Below are positions 48,789-59,594 of a stretch of DNA of 64,000 nucleotides, piece after piece. The DNA is from Candidatus Hydrothermarchaeum profundi (lineage in GTDB: Archaea > Hydrothermarchaeota > Hydrothermarchaeia > Hydrothermarchaeales > Hydrothermarchaeaceae): contig MTMF02000009.1 of NCBI GenBank assembly GCA_002011125.2, positions 712,989 through 776,988 on the forward strand. The letters run 5' to 3'. Under the pieces are notes generated by a model. The model searched no databases. It had not been told where the DNA came from and saw only the letters and a program-made list of their open reading frames with translations. The translations under genes were made by a program, and so were the position numbers. The number at the start of each line of letters is the position of its first letter. Within the stretch, counting starts at the first letter, position 1.

Positions 48789-50054
48789 ATGGATAACCGG
48801 GTTTCTCTCTGCGGGATTAACTGCGGGCTCTGTGATCAGTATCTAGCTGGCGAATGTGAAATTTGTGCTGCTGAAGAGAGCAAGAAAACCTGTGAAGCAT
48901 TGACCTGCGTATTGGAGATAATGAAGGTGGGCAGCTGTCCCGAATGTTATAGAGTAGCTTATTGTGCTAAGAGGATGAGGTCCATAGAGAATTGTCTTGT
49001 TTTTAAGCCTAGGAAGGAGTTTTCTCCTGGAAGCATTCTTTTAGTGGATTCGTGGAAGGATGCGATGACAGCCTTTTCGAAGCATGTTTTTATGGGTAAA
49101 AAGGGCCTGGCATTAACATTCACCGATCCAGAGCAATTAGCGAGGGAATTTATGTTAGAGGATGCGGAGATAAAGGGGCTGAGCAGGGTTAAGAAGGATG
49201 ATGCGGTGTATGTTAAGGACATAGAGGCGATCAAAGAAGCTTTTACTGAAGGGGTTAGAGGAAAAGATATCGTGATTATAGATGGAACTAGGGATTTCAT
49301 AGAGGTACTATCTCTTCAAAGAGCCCTTGAATTAATCAACTGGTTTTGTGAGAAAGTTCTCCAGGAACATGCTGTTCTGCTACTCATCGCAGAGGGTTTA
49401 ACTCATGAGGAGAAGGATCAGATTAAAGCTATTATCACAGATTTAAAAGTTAAGGACGTTATGAGAACTATATCTAATCCTAAGAGAATGGAAATTCTAG
49501 GCTATCTCAGGAGGAAAGGGAAGTCTACCTTCACTCAGATATATGATGAACTCGGCTATAACGTGCCTCCTAAGCTGAGTTTTCATCTTAGAGTGCTAAG
49601 GTCCTCAGGTATTATTGATCAAGACGAAGAAGGAATCTACTATGTCTCTGAGTTAGGTAGAAGCATCTCTGAGATTATCGATAAAATAGGAGAGAGAATA
49701 TTTGCCTTATTTGCTGTGGAGACATCTAGTGTCGTAGATAAAGCCGATATTAGTAAGGAATGGCATGAAAAATATGATTTATATTTGAGAAATATGAGGA
49801 GATTCGATTCTATTTCAGTGGATGTTATTCGGGATGTAGAGGATTCTCTTAGGCTGATTTTTGGTAGAAAAAAAACTGAAGAGACTTTCCAGATAATTAT
49901 GGGGGACTACATTTGGGCTGAGAAGAAGATGACTCGAGAGGACCTTAAAAGGATGATCAGCGAGATTGCTTTTGTTTTTTTGGCTGAGGAACTCCCTCTG
50001 GTGGATGCTATAGAATGGGCTGATGAGCTGATGAAAAAACACGAATTGAAGTGA
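48789..50054 (+). CDS. Multidomain regulator: Cys-rich N-terminus + DUF835-like inactive ATPase + ArsR-like HTH
   Basis: CGINCGLC...CEIC...CPEC; IVIIDG; 'SNPKRMEIL...LSFHLRVL'. Confidence 0.7.
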   Translation: MDNRVSLCGINCGLCDQYLAGECEICAAEESKKTCEALTCVLEIMKVGSCPECYRVAYCAKRMRSIENCLVFKPRKEFSPGSILLVDSWKDAMTAFSKHVFMGKKGLALTFTDPEQLAREFMLEDAEIKGLSRVKKDDAVYVKDIEAIKEAFTEGVRGKDIVIIDGTRDFIEVLSLQRALELINWFCEKVLQEHAVLLLIAEGLTHEEKDQIKAIITDLKVKDVMRTISNPKRMEILGYLRRKGKSTFTQIYDELGYNVPPKLSFHLRVLRSSGIIDQDEEGIYYVSELGRSISEIIDKIGERIFALFAVETSSVVDKADISKEWHEKYDLYLRNMRRFDSISVDVIRDVEDSLRLIFGRKKTEETFQIIMGDYIWAEKKMTREDLKRMISEIAFVFLAEELPLVDAIEWADELMKKHELK

Positions 50055-50121
50055 GTTATGAATTGTTTGCCATCCATTTTTCTTGATTCAATTAAAAAAA
50101 ATTTAAAAAAGCCTTCTTACA

Positions 50122-51051
50122 ATGTATTTTATGATGAAATATCGAGGGGTTTACCTAATAGCTATCTCAGGTATAGTTTTAAATGCTTTTTACTTCATAT
50201 ATTGGTATAAAAAGTTTGGAAAAGAGTTTATTGGCCATCTTTTGGAAATAGCTCCATTGGAATTCGCTCTTGTATTATCTACTGTACCTCTTGGGTTGCT
50301 CTTTGCCTCTCTTTATGCCGAAGAGTTACGTTCTGCGGAGAAGCTGAAAGCTGCACTAGGCGTGAAGGATCTTTTCGCTGATATAATGAGGCATGATTTG
50401 CTAAATTCAATTGGCTTAATAAAGGGGTTATCCGAGCTAATGAAAGATGACCCTCGCTTTGCGGATGTCGATGATGTAGATATCATCCATAGAACCGCGA
50501 TTAAGCTTGAGGACCAGGTGAAAATGGCGGCGAAATACGCTAAGCTGGAGGCGCTAGACAAAGTAGAATTAGAAACGGTTGATGTTGCTTCTATGATAGA
50601 CGAGGCTATTGAAAGCCTGAGGTACCAGTTCAGTTCGAAGAAAATCACTGTTGAGAATAAAATCGAAAGGGGGCTTATGGTAAAAGCCGCTCCTTACCTT
50701 AAGGATGTTTTTTATAACATACTTTCTAATGCGGCGAAATATAGTCCAGAAAGAGGCAGAGTAGTTATTGCCTCAGAGGATTCTGGAGAAGAAGTGGAGA
50801 TACTCGTAAAGGACGAGGGGCCTGGTGTAAAAGACGAATATAAAGAGAAGATATTTCAAAGATTTACCCGGGGCGGAAAAGAAGGCGTTCAGGGAACCGG
50901 TCTTGGGTTGGCTATCGCTAAACGTATAATTGAGTTGCATAATGGCAGGATATGGGTAGAAGATAATTGGGTAGAAAATCGTGACAAAGAGGGCCAGATA
51001 CATAAGAAGAAGCAGGGCAGTGTCTTTATTGTATCGATCCCAAAAATCTAG
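50122..51051 (+). CDS. Membrane sensor histidine kinase
   Basis: RHDLLN H-box, NILSNAAKY, DEGPG, GTGLGL. Confidence 0.93.
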   Translation: MYFMMKYRGVYLIAISGIVLNAFYFIYWYKKFGKEFIGHLLEIAPLEFALVLSTVPLGLLFASLYAEELRSAEKLKAALGVKDLFADIMRHDLLNSIGLIKGLSELMKDDPRFADVDDVDIIHRTAIKLEDQVKMAAKYAKLEALDKVELETVDVASMIDEAIESLRYQFSSKKITVENKIERGLMVKAAPYLKDVFYNILSNAAKYSPERGRVVIASEDSGEEVEILVKDEGPGVKDEYKEKIFQRFTRGGKEGVQGTGLGLAIAKRIIELHNGRIWVEDNWVENRDKEGQIHKKKQGSVFIVSIPKI

Positions 51052-51260
51052 AAATTCCTGTAGCTCTATCATGCGTTTTGGCCATTTTTAGCTGTTATAT
51101 TGATCTCCTTCTTGTTGCTGTCTTAAAGTCGTAGAATATTATTTTTAAGCGAGAATTCATTATCGATTGATTATTAAGCGATTAGTAATATAAAATCGGG
51201 GGGTTTGTTGACTTTTGGTGGCATTGTTCTATAGAATTAAGGGGAAGATTATTATCTATA

Positions 51261-52505
51261 GTGGATAGACTTATTTATAATATGGAAAAATTTACTCATA
51301 GGATTAAAGGTCATCCCAAGGGCAAGATTATTAGAGACTCTATTCATGGTGATATTTTTCTTTCGGATCTTGAGTTTCGAGTTATAGATACCCCTGAGCT
51401 TCAGAGGCTTAGAAGGATCAAACAGCTTGGAATGACCCAGCTTGTTTATCCGAGTGCTAATCATACACGATTCGAGCATTCTCTTGGCTCGCTTGAGCTT
51501 GCAGGGAGGCTCGCAGAAAGACTAGGGCTCAGTGATGAAGAGAAGATCAAGGTTAGGCTGGCAGCGCTTCTTCACGATGTGGGTCATGGGCCTCTTTCTC
51601 ATACCTCTGAGGAGCTTTTAGCGAGATATCTGGAGGAGCCTCATGAGAAGATCAGCAGGGAGATTGTTGAGAAGTCGAATATAGCTGAGGTTCTTAATGA
51701 TGAAGGTATTGATCCTAGGGAGATCGGAGAGATAGTTTTTGGTGGAAGCGGATACCTCGGTAAGATAGTCTGTGGCGACTTTGATGTTGATAGGATGGAC
51801 TACCTAGTTAGGGATGCTCATCATACCGGCGTGGCTTATGGGATTATAGACTTGGATAGGATTCTCAACACAACTGAGATCAGGGATGGCTCATTGGTTA
51901 TCTCCGAGAGAGGTTTGAGGGCCGTGGAGGCTCTTCTTGTAGCGAGGTTTCTTATGATCCCTACGGTTTATCTTCATCATGCAAGCCGGATCGCGGATGC
52001 GATGTTCTTAAAAGCGACTGAGAAGGCTATTGAGGAAGGACTAGACTACCGGATGCTTTATAAGATGGATGATTATGACATTCAGAATCTTTTCAGGAAT
52101 TCTGAAGGCTATGTGAGAGATATTGGGAGAAGATTTGACGAGAGGCGGCTCTTTAAAAAAGCCTATGTTAGGAGCTGGACAGAGCTGTCTGAGGACCTTA
52201 GGTCTAGGCTTATGTTGCTGAGAGAAGATGTAGAGAAATGGAAGAACATAGAGAAAAGTATTGCGGGGGACTGCGGATTGGAGTATGGCTATGTTCTTTT
52301 GGATGTTCCCCCTCTACCAGAGTACAAGGAGGTAGATGCGGAGATATATATAAATGGGAAGATTTCAAGGCTTGCTGACGAGTCTGCCTTGGTCGGGATT
52401 CTTATGGAGGCGCAGAAGAGACAGTGGAATATAGGAGTTTATGCTCCAAAGGAGAACTTGAAAGAAGTTAGAAAAGCATGTGAGAATCTTGGGAGTTATC
52501 TTTAA
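51261..52505 (+). CDS. HD-domain phosphohydrolase (SAMHD1/dNTPase-like)
   Basis: RDSIHG, QRLRRIKQLG, HTRFEHSLG, LLHDVGHGPLSH, DVDRMDY. Confidence 0.92.
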   Translation: MDRLIYNMEKFTHRIKGHPKGKIIRDSIHGDIFLSDLEFRVIDTPELQRLRRIKQLGMTQLVYPSANHTRFEHSLGSLELAGRLAERLGLSDEEKIKVRLAALLHDVGHGPLSHTSEELLARYLEEPHEKISREIVEKSNIAEVLNDEGIDPREIGEIVFGGSGYLGKIVCGDFDVDRMDYLVRDAHHTGVAYGIIDLDRILNTTEIRDGSLVISERGLRAVEALLVARFLMIPTVYLHHASRIADAMFLKATEKAIEEGLDYRMLYKMDDYDIQNLFRNSEGYVRDIGRRFDERRLFKKAYVRSWTELSEDLRSRLMLLREDVEKWKNIEKSIAGDCGLEYGYVLLDVPPLPEYKEVDAEIYINGKISRLADESALVGILMEAQKRQWNIGVYAPKENLKEVRKACENLGSYL

Positions 52506-53728
52506 AGAAGGATAGCAGTTTTTCTATTTAGTAGGTACTTCTGGATTGTCCCATTTTTTAAGGCTCTGAGCGTATTCTCCATTTTTTCTTCGCTGTCCGC
52601 TAGTATTACTAGTACGTTTCTCCTATCATCCTGGTTTAGATAGATTAGGGAGGTGTCTTTTCTCTTTATCTTTCCAGCTTCTCCGATACTTATCTCTTGG
52701 CTTGTTATTGTTATATTCTCTTCTTCGAGGTACTTTGATACTTCTACGAAACTGTCGTATAGTCCTAGGATCACCATGTCTTTATTGGTTTCCTTAGATA
52801 TTATCCTGCTCTTTTTACCTAGGATCTCCTTTATCTCAAAAGCGTATTTAAATAGCTTTGATTCAGTGTAATAGATGTCGACCTCGTCTCTGAAGAAGTA
52901 TGGAAAATCTTCCAATAGGAAGCTACGTTTTGCATGAGTCAAAAAGTCTGCTATATTGCTTATCAGCTGAGGGTTATCCTCTATATTGTCGTAGGGTTCC
53001 AGCATGAAAGTCAGGTCGCATAGAGCCAGTATGTTGCCGACCAGCGCAGCTGGTGAATACTGTTTTCTTACCTCGCTTCTAGATGAAAAGGTGTTCTCGT
53101 CTCCAAAAATAACTCCATTTTGGGAATCTATTGGGCAGGAGGAGTAAAAAACCACCTTTTTAAGGCCGTGGGTTACATTGGTATCTGCGAACTCTTCCAA
53201 ATATATGTTTCTGAAGTTTCCGTCATTCACTTTCATGTTATATAAGTATCCCTCTTCGAATATTATTCCGAAATATGTGGAAAGGGAGTTTATACTGCTG
53301 GGTCTCTGGGGATCGGATATTAGAAGAAGTCTTCCTCCCTTATCTAGGAATTTTTGTATTTCTTCGGCTTCTTCGCTGTCGAAGGGTGTACCAGGTAAGA
53401 TGATTACAAGAGAATCAGTGTACTTAAGCTTTTCAGCTAGAAGGTTTCTATCGTCTAGAAACTCCGAGTAAAAGCCTCTAGATGTGAGCCTCGTGATTAA
53501 TGGGGTTATCTCTTGAATAGTATAGCTCGAGTTCACATGGTAGAACACCACAGTTCCATTACCTAACTCGTACTTGTCTGTGAAAGCCTCAGGCTGAACC
53601 ATTGGTGCCTCTATTTCTTCAATACGATAGCTCTCAGTTGAAGGCGGCTGGTAGTAGCCCTGGTAGTATGAGAAGAACTGGATGATAAACAATCCTGCGA
53701 TTATAGCTAATACCCATTTATACTTCAT
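52502..53728 (-). CDS. Membrane-anchored GldG/DUF4350-like extracellular protein
   Basis: N-terminal TM; 'FLDKGGRLLLISDP', 'DNPQLISNIADFL'. Confidence 0.6.
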   Translation of the reverse strand: MKYKWVLAIIAGLFIIQFFSYYQGYYQPPSTESYRIEEIEAPMVQPEAFTDKYELGNGTVVFYHVNSSYTIQEITPLITRLTSRGFYSEFLDDRNLLAEKLKYTDSLVIILPGTPFDSEEAEEIQKFLDKGGRLLLISDPQRPSSINSLSTYFGIIFEEGYLYNMKVNDGNFRNIYLEEFADTNVTHGLKKVVFYSSCPIDSQNGVIFGDENTFSSRSEVRKQYSPAALVGNILALCDLTFMLEPYDNIEDNPQLISNIADFLTHAKRSFLLEDFPYFFRDEVDIYYTESKLFKYAFEIKEILGKKSRIISKETNKDMVILGLYDSFVEVSKYLEEENITITSQEISIGEAGKIKRKDTSLIYLNQDDRRNVLVILADSEEKMENTLRALKNGTIQKYLLNRKTAILL

Positions 53729-54582
53729 TCTTCAAACTCCATATATAGGTAGTAGTTCACCGGCACTGTATTGGTTATAGCGAAATAGCTTTCATTGACG
53801 TAGGTTGAGAAGAATAGGAAGAAGTTTATCCCCAGCTCCTCGTTTATATCTACAATCCCGTATCTAGCTATTCCTGCCAGCTCAGCTGCCTTTGCTATCG
53901 CATCGCTTGTAGAGCCAATATTGTCTACTAGTCCAAGGCGGTAGGCTTCGAGCCCCATGTATATTGCTCCTTTTGCAAGCTCTTCCTTTGTGATGTTCAG
54001 CTTACTGCCTCTTTGCAGCATTACTGCATGGAGAAAGGTTTCTTGGGCGAGTTTTATGTTGTAAATGTGGTCTCTCCGTGAGAAGCCTGTCCTCTTAAAT
54101 GGTCCCGTTGATATGGTTTCTTCGTCCAGTTTTTCAGGCTTCGGTAGCCTTGATATCACTCCTATGCTACCTACGAAGGAAGCAGGCTTAGAGTATATGA
54201 GGTTTGAGGCAGATGCTATGTAATATGCCCCGCTCGCACCGATCTGATCAATGGAGGCTACCACCGGCTTGACCTTTCGCAACTCCAGCACGTTGAGGTA
54301 TACTTCTTCAGTAGCTGTGACTTCGCCTCCCGGGCTGTTTATCTCGAGAACCACTGCCTTAATATCGTCCCTGTCTCTCGCGTACCTCATCATCTCGGCT
54401 ATCTTGCTGGCAGTATCCATGCTCATTATCGAGGTATCTATTCTGATTATACCTACTTTTGGTTGCTCTATAATTTTTCCGGCTATAAAGTAGCCCGATA
54501 CTATGATTAAAATTATAAAGATATAGGATAGGCTTCTCCTGTGCTCGGAGTAGGCCTCCTTTATTTTATCAAGTTTCCCCAT
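53725..54582 (-). CDS. sppA: S49 family peptidase (SppA-like)
   Basis: INSPGG, GASGAYYIA, VGSIGV, LGLVD. Confidence 0.88.
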   Translation of the reverse strand: MGKLDKIKEAYSEHRRSLSYIFIILIIVSGYFIAGKIIEQPKVGIIRIDTSIMSMDTASKIAEMMRYARDRDDIKAVVLEINSPGGEVTATEEVYLNVLELRKVKPVVASIDQIGASGAYYIASASNLIYSKPASFVGSIGVISRLPKPEKLDEETISTGPFKRTGFSRRDHIYNIKLAQETFLHAVMLQRGSKLNITKEELAKGAIYMGLEAYRLGLVDNIGSTSDAIAKAAELAGIARYGIVDINEELGINFFLFFSTYVNESYFAITNTVPVNYYLYMEFEE

Positions 54583-54673
54583 TTGATTTAACTATGCTGG
54601 GGCGTATTTAAAATGTTTTTTCCTCATTAATGATACAAAAATATAAAAACTTAGGGAGATTCCTTTAAATCAT

Positions 54674-55210
54674 ATGATATTGGTTGCAATAACAGGTGCT
54701 AGCGGCACTGTTTATGGTGTAAGGTTGCTGGAGGTCCTCAGGAAGCTGGGTGTTGAAACTTCCTGCGTGGTCTCTGATGCTGCAAGGAAGCTTATAAAGC
54801 ATGAAGTTGGTGAGGCGAACATACTTAGGGACTGTTATAGTGAGGATGACCTTGAAGCTCCTTTCTCCAGCGGCTCTTATGGCTTGGATGCGATGGTTAT
54901 AGTCCCATGCAGCATGAAGACTCTGTCAGCTATTGCTAATGGGTACTCCTCAAGTCTGATAACTAGGAGCGCGGATGTCCTTATAAAAGAGAATAGGAAG
55001 TTAATCCTTGTGCCTAGAGAAACGCCTCTTAACGCTATTCATCTGGAGAATATGCTGAAGCTCGCAAGGCTCGGGGTAACTATCTTGCCGGCTATGCCTG
55101 CCTACTATCATAAGCCCGAGAAGGTTAGTGACCTGGTGGATTTCATAGTTGGCAAAATCCTTGACTCCCTTGGTATAGAGAACAGTCTTTACAAGAGATG
55201 GGGGAAATGA
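54674..55210 (+). CDS. ubiX: Flavin prenyltransferase
   Basis: ITGASG, SSGS, PCSMKTL, RETPL. Confidence 0.95.
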   Translation: MILVAITGASGTVYGVRLLEVLRKLGVETSCVVSDAARKLIKHEVGEANILRDCYSEDDLEAPFSSGSYGLDAMVIVPCSMKTLSAIANGYSSSLITRSADVLIKENRKLILVPRETPLNAIHLENMLKLARLGVTILPAMPAYYHKPEKVSDLVDFIVGKILDSLGIENSLYKRWGK

Positions 55211-56460
55211 GGAGATTTCTGAGGAAAGATTTGGTTATTAAGGATGAAGTCTCTACAGAGTATGAGGTATCTAAGATACTCTTCCATAACCAGGATAAGA
55301 CTGTATTTTTTGAGAAGCTCAGAGGGTACCCAGAGTTTAAGATGGTAGGCAATTTGGTGCCGTCTAGGGAGAGAATGTGTGATGCCCTTGGAACCACTAA
55401 GAATGGGTTTATAGCTCACGTGTCTAATGCTCTTAAAAACCCCGTGGAGCCAGTGGTGGTTGAGGATATGAGGGCTACAATTGAGAAAAAAAGCCTAGAT
55501 GACTTGCCTATCCCCAAGTATTTCGAGAAGGACGCAGGGAATTATATAACCTCTGGTATAGTTATAGCCGAAGATGAAGAGTTAGGCAGGAATGTCTCTG
55601 TGCATAGAATGCAGGTTATTAGTAAGCGGAGGTTCGCAATTAGGCTGGTCGAGCGTCATCTTTACGAGTATTATAAGAAGGCAGAAGAAGGGGATAGGCC
55701 CCTTGAGGTTGCGGTGGCGCTGGGGGTTCATCCTGCTGTGATGTTCGCATCCTCATACTCTGTGCCAGCGGGTTATGACGAGTTTAAGCTTGCGTCTTCG
55801 CTTTTAGGCAGAGCCCTTGAAATTGCTAGGTGCGAGACTGTTGATCTCTACGTGCCTGCTGAGAGCGAGATCGTTATTGAGGGCCGGATACTTCCCTATG
55901 AGAGGGTTGATGAGGGTCCATTCGTTGATATTACAGGCACGTATGATGCTGTGAGAAAGCAGCCAGTATTAGAGGTAACTCGGATTGTTCATAGAGAAGA
56001 CGCTATATACCATGCTCTTCTTCCTTCTGGCAGGGAGCACAAGGTCTATATGGGCATGCCGCAGGAGCCTAGGATATTCGAGGCAGTATCTAAGGTAGCT
56101 CGTCCTGTTAGCGTCTGTCTAACTGAAGGAGGATGTAATTGGCTTCACGGTGTTGTCTCGATTTCCAAGGAGAGGGAGAATGATGGGAGGAGGGCTATTT
56201 ATGCTGCTTTAGAGGGTCATCCAAGTATGAAGCATGTTGTGGTAGTGGACGAGGATATAGATGTTTTTAATCCTGCCGAGGTAGAGTTCGCTATAGCGAC
56301 AAGGTTCCAAGGCAATAGAGATATCGTGATGATAGAGAATGTTAGGGGCTCTTCTCTTGATCCAAGCGCTAACAAGACAGGGCTTACCACCAAGCTGGGA
56401 TTAGATGCTACTATACCTCTTAGCGGCCGGGATGACTACGTTAGGGCTAAGATTCCTTGA
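55198..56460 (+). CDS. ubiD: UbiD family decarboxylase (probable anhydromevalonate phosphate decarboxylase)
   Basis: HR, EIVIEG, EGPFVDITG, VVVDEDID, SSLDPS; context with ubiX and AcnX. Confidence 0.9.
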   Translation: MGEMRRFLRKDLVIKDEVSTEYEVSKILFHNQDKTVFFEKLRGYPEFKMVGNLVPSRERMCDALGTTKNGFIAHVSNALKNPVEPVVVEDMRATIEKKSLDDLPIPKYFEKDAGNYITSGIVIAEDEELGRNVSVHRMQVISKRRFAIRLVERHLYEYYKKAEEGDRPLEVAVALGVHPAVMFASSYSVPAGYDEFKLASSLLGRALEIARCETVDLYVPAESEIVIEGRILPYERVDEGPFVDITGTYDAVRKQPVLEVTRIVHREDAIYHALLPSGREHKVYMGMPQEPRIFEAVSKVARPVSVCLTEGGCNWLHGVVSISKERENDGRRAIYAALEGHPSMKHVVVVDEDIDVFNPAEVEFAIATRFQGNRDIVMIENVRGSSLDPSANKTGLTTKLGLDATIPLSGRDDYVRAKIP

Positions 56461-57596
56461 GGTTTAAGATGTATTTGACTAAGGAAGAAGAAAGGATACT
56501 GGATGGAGAAGAAGGGGAAGGCCTTCAAAAGGCCATGGAGATACTTGTAGCTCTGGGTGAAATTAACGAGGCGGATAGACTTATGCCCATTTCTAGTGCT
56601 CAAGTGAGCGGTGTGTCTTATAAGACTATTGGTGATGCTGGACTAGAGTTTCTATCTGATATGGCCTCGACAGGTGCTAGGGTAAGAGTGCTTACTACTC
56701 TCAATCCGATGGGTGTAGATCCCTCTATCTGGAGGGAGCTGGGTTATAGGGAGGATTTCGTAAATAAGCAGATGAGGATTGTTAACGCGTATAAGGCTAT
56801 GGGGATACTGCTTTCATGTACATGTACGCCTTATCTGATAGGTAACCTGCCTACAAGAGGGGAGCATATAGCTTGGGCGGAATCCAGCGCTGTTGTGTTT
56901 GCTAACTCTGTGTTAGGTGCGAAGACTAATCGGGAGAGCGGGGTCTCTGCGTTGGCCTCAGCTTTGATCGGGGAAGCCCCCTGTTATGGCCTTCACTTGG
57001 ATGAGAATAGAAATCCGACCATCACTATCGAGGTTGATGCGGAGTTAAAAAATCAATCCGATTATGCCGCTCTAGGATACTATGTTGGTAAAAGCTTTGG
57101 TGGGATACCTCTATTCAAAGGGATTAAGCCTGGCATGGAGGAGATGAAGGCGCTTGGGGCAGCGTTAGCTGTAGGCTCTATATCAATGTTTTATGTAGAT
57201 GGTATAACCTATTCGGGTAGTGCGCTTGGCGATAAGATAAATGTGGGTATAGAGGAGCTCAGAAATTCCTATGAGTCCCTTACTAATACGGAGGACGTGG
57301 ACGTGGTCTGCGTCGGATGTCCTCATTACAGCTTAAAGGAGATTCAAGAGGTCTTGCAAGCGAAGCCGAGTAGGGATATATGGATTTTTACTTGCAGGCA
57401 GAATAAGGTGCTCTTTGAAAAGAAGTTAGATGAAAATATCAAGATTATAGCTGACACTTGCATGGTGGTTTCTCCCTTAGAGGATCTTGGCATATCTAGT
57501 ATAGGAGTAAATTCTGCTAAAGCAGCTTTTTACTCTGCTAATCTTTCTGGCCTTAAAGTTAGGTTTGACTCTCTAGAGAATATGCTGAAGCTTTAA
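56457..57596 (+). CDS. Aconitase X large subunit (probable phosphomevalonate dehydratase)
   Basis: MYLTKEEE, SGVSYKTIG, CTCTPY, WAESSA, GCPH, DTCMVVSP, NSAK; likely start ATG 56469. Confidence 0.9.
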   Translation: MRFKMYLTKEEERILDGEEGEGLQKAMEILVALGEINEADRLMPISSAQVSGVSYKTIGDAGLEFLSDMASTGARVRVLTTLNPMGVDPSIWRELGYREDFVNKQMRIVNAYKAMGILLSCTCTPYLIGNLPTRGEHIAWAESSAVVFANSVLGAKTNRESGVSALASALIGEAPCYGLHLDENRNPTITIEVDAELKNQSDYAALGYYVGKSFGGIPLFKGIKPGMEEMKALGAALAVGSISMFYVDGITYSGSALGDKINVGIEELRNSYESLTNTEDVDVVCVGCPHYSLKEIQEVLQAKPSRDIWIFTCRQNKVLFEKKLDENIKIIADTCMVVSPLEDLGISSIGVNSAKAAFYSANLSGLKVRFDSLENMLKL

Positions 57597-57742
57597 AATC
57601 TATTTATTGATATCTTGCCGAAAAATATAAATTCTCGGTAGGTCTTTATAAAGGATGGTGCAAAAAGGAGACTCACCTGAGAAGCCTTCTGAAAGGAGGA
57701 AAATCAGGCGAGTTTAGGCGAAAATAAGGAATTTTATAGCCT
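57597..57742 (+). promoter_or_regulatory. CRISPR leader
   Basis: Non-coding A-rich region with TATA-like elements, abutting the first repeat at the end opposite the degenerate repeat. Confidence 0.65.
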
Positions 57743-59123
57743 GTTGCAGAAGTCGATCTAGTAAAACAAGGATTGAAACATTCTCTGTCGGTGCTATTGG
57801 TGTTAGCTATTTCGGTTGTTGCAGAAGTCGATCTAGTAAAACAAGGATTGAAACCTAATATGTTGTAATGTAACTCAAAACCAACTTTTAAGTTGCAGAA
57901 GTCGATCTAGTAAAACAAGGATTGAAACGTTTCTAACTGGGATTTATCATTTACAAGAACAAAAAGTTGCAGAAGTCGATCTAGTAAAACAAGGATTGAA
58001 ACTTAACAAAAGAAGTAGGTGGTGAGCTTGTTGTTTAGTAAGTTGCAGAAGTCGATCTAGTAAAACAAGGATTGAAACATTTCCCCATGGAGGCAATGGT
58101 TAGAGAGGTACGGGTGTTGCAGAAGTCGATCTAGTAAAACAAGGATTGAAACATCATCATAGAGTACCTTACCCTGAACTCTATCCTTGGCTCAAGTTGC
58201 AGAAGTCGATCTAGTAAAACAAGGATTGAAACTTGTAATTCGTTCCACATATAGGATAGATACATGTCTGGTTGCAGAAGTCGATCTAGTAAAACAAGGA
58301 TTGAAACAGTCGCAGTGTATCTCTGTATTCAATGTCTAAATCAAGTTGCAGAAGTCGATCTAGTAAAACAAGGATTGAAACCTTGCTGATGTCTTTCTTA
58401 TGTATTTCTTTTGTCTAATTCGTTGCAGAAGTCGATCTAGTAAAACAAGGATTGAAACTTGTAATTCGTTCCACATATAGGATAGATACATGTCTGGTTG
58501 CAGAAGTCGATCTAGTAAAACAAGGATTGAAACCCAACAATCCTTACAACATTTCTCACAAATAAATGTGTTGCAGAAGTCGATCTAGTAAAACAAGGAT
58601 TGAAACCTAACAGTGCAACGGTATATATTATATCGCCTAACACGTTGCAGAAGTCGATCTAGTAAAACAAGGATTGAAACATGTCTTTTCGGTAAATTCG
58701 GCGATATGCGGCGTCGAATGTTGCAGAAGTCGATCTAGTAAAACAAGGATTGAAACCCGAGGATCTCGCTACGATGAGCCGGGAAGAAGTCAGTTGCAGA
58801 AGTCGATCTAGTAAAACAAGGATTGAAACCCAGATATCGCCCCGGCTCTCTTCCCAAAATGGAAGGTTGCAGAAGTCGATCTAGTAAAACAAGGATTGAA
58901 ACAATTGATATCTCCACGGTAAATTATTGAGAATTTTCTGGGTTGCAGAAGTCGATCTAGTAAAACAAGGATTGAAACCTAAGCTTGTATGTCTTCATAA
59001 AAAAACATTAATATTGTTGCAGAAGTCGATCTAGTAAAACAAGGATTGAAACGAGTAGATAGGGTCTTCAGCTGGAGCCTTCAAGGCGTTGTAAAAGAGT
59101 AAATAGCGGATGGGAATTGAAAA
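57743..59123 (+). CRISPR. CRISPR array: 18 identical 37-bp repeats GTTGCAGAAGTCGATCTAGTAAAACAAGGATTGAAAC plus a degenerate terminal repeat; spacers 35-43 bp
   Basis: Repeats counted from 57743-57779 to 59016-59052; degenerate GTTG...ATTGAAAA at 59088-59123; no cas genes in window. Confidence 0.98.
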
Positions 59124-59186
59124 ATGGCCTTTAGGGCCTACTAAGAATGGCATGGAAATATATGTTATGATATATACTCTCCTTTT

Positions 59187-59594
59187 TCATAGATTTTCAG
59201 GATGCTTGTAACCTAGCTTTTTCATAACGAATCTTCTTACTTCTTTAGTCATTTTTATGGCTTCTTCTGCTTCTTCATTAGTTGGTTCGAGGAGAGTAGG
59301 ATACCTGAACTCTGCCGCATACTCTTTAAACTTTTCTAGGTTCAATTGACGAAGCTTTTCAAAATCTCTTTCACTTTCTATGCACAAGCTCAGTAGGTCA
59401 AGTATATCATGCGTCTTTCTAAATCTGATTTGTTTTGATATCAAATATGCTTTTAAGTACTTTTCTGCGGCTTGCTGTGCGTGGAATGTTATAACCCATG
59501 GCTCTTCTCCATAATTAAGGAGCCTTCTTGCTACTCTCAGCTCTGTTTCCGCTCTATTGAACCATCTATCTACTTCCTCCTTCACTTCGTTCAA
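59187..59594 (-). CDS. HEPN domain protein (toxin)
   Basis: FHAQQAAEKYLKA, KTHD, RYP. Confidence 0.92.
   Translation of the reverse strand: MNEVKEEVDRWFNRAETELRVARRLLNYGEEPWVITFHAQQAAEKYLKAYLISKQIRFRKTHDILDLLSLCIESERDFEKLRQLNLEKFKEYAAEFRYPTLLEPTNEEAEEAIKMTKEVRRFVMKKLGYKHPENL

Noticed and set aside
58735-58917. 60-aa minus-strand ORF
   Set aside because: Lies within CRISPR repeats/spacers
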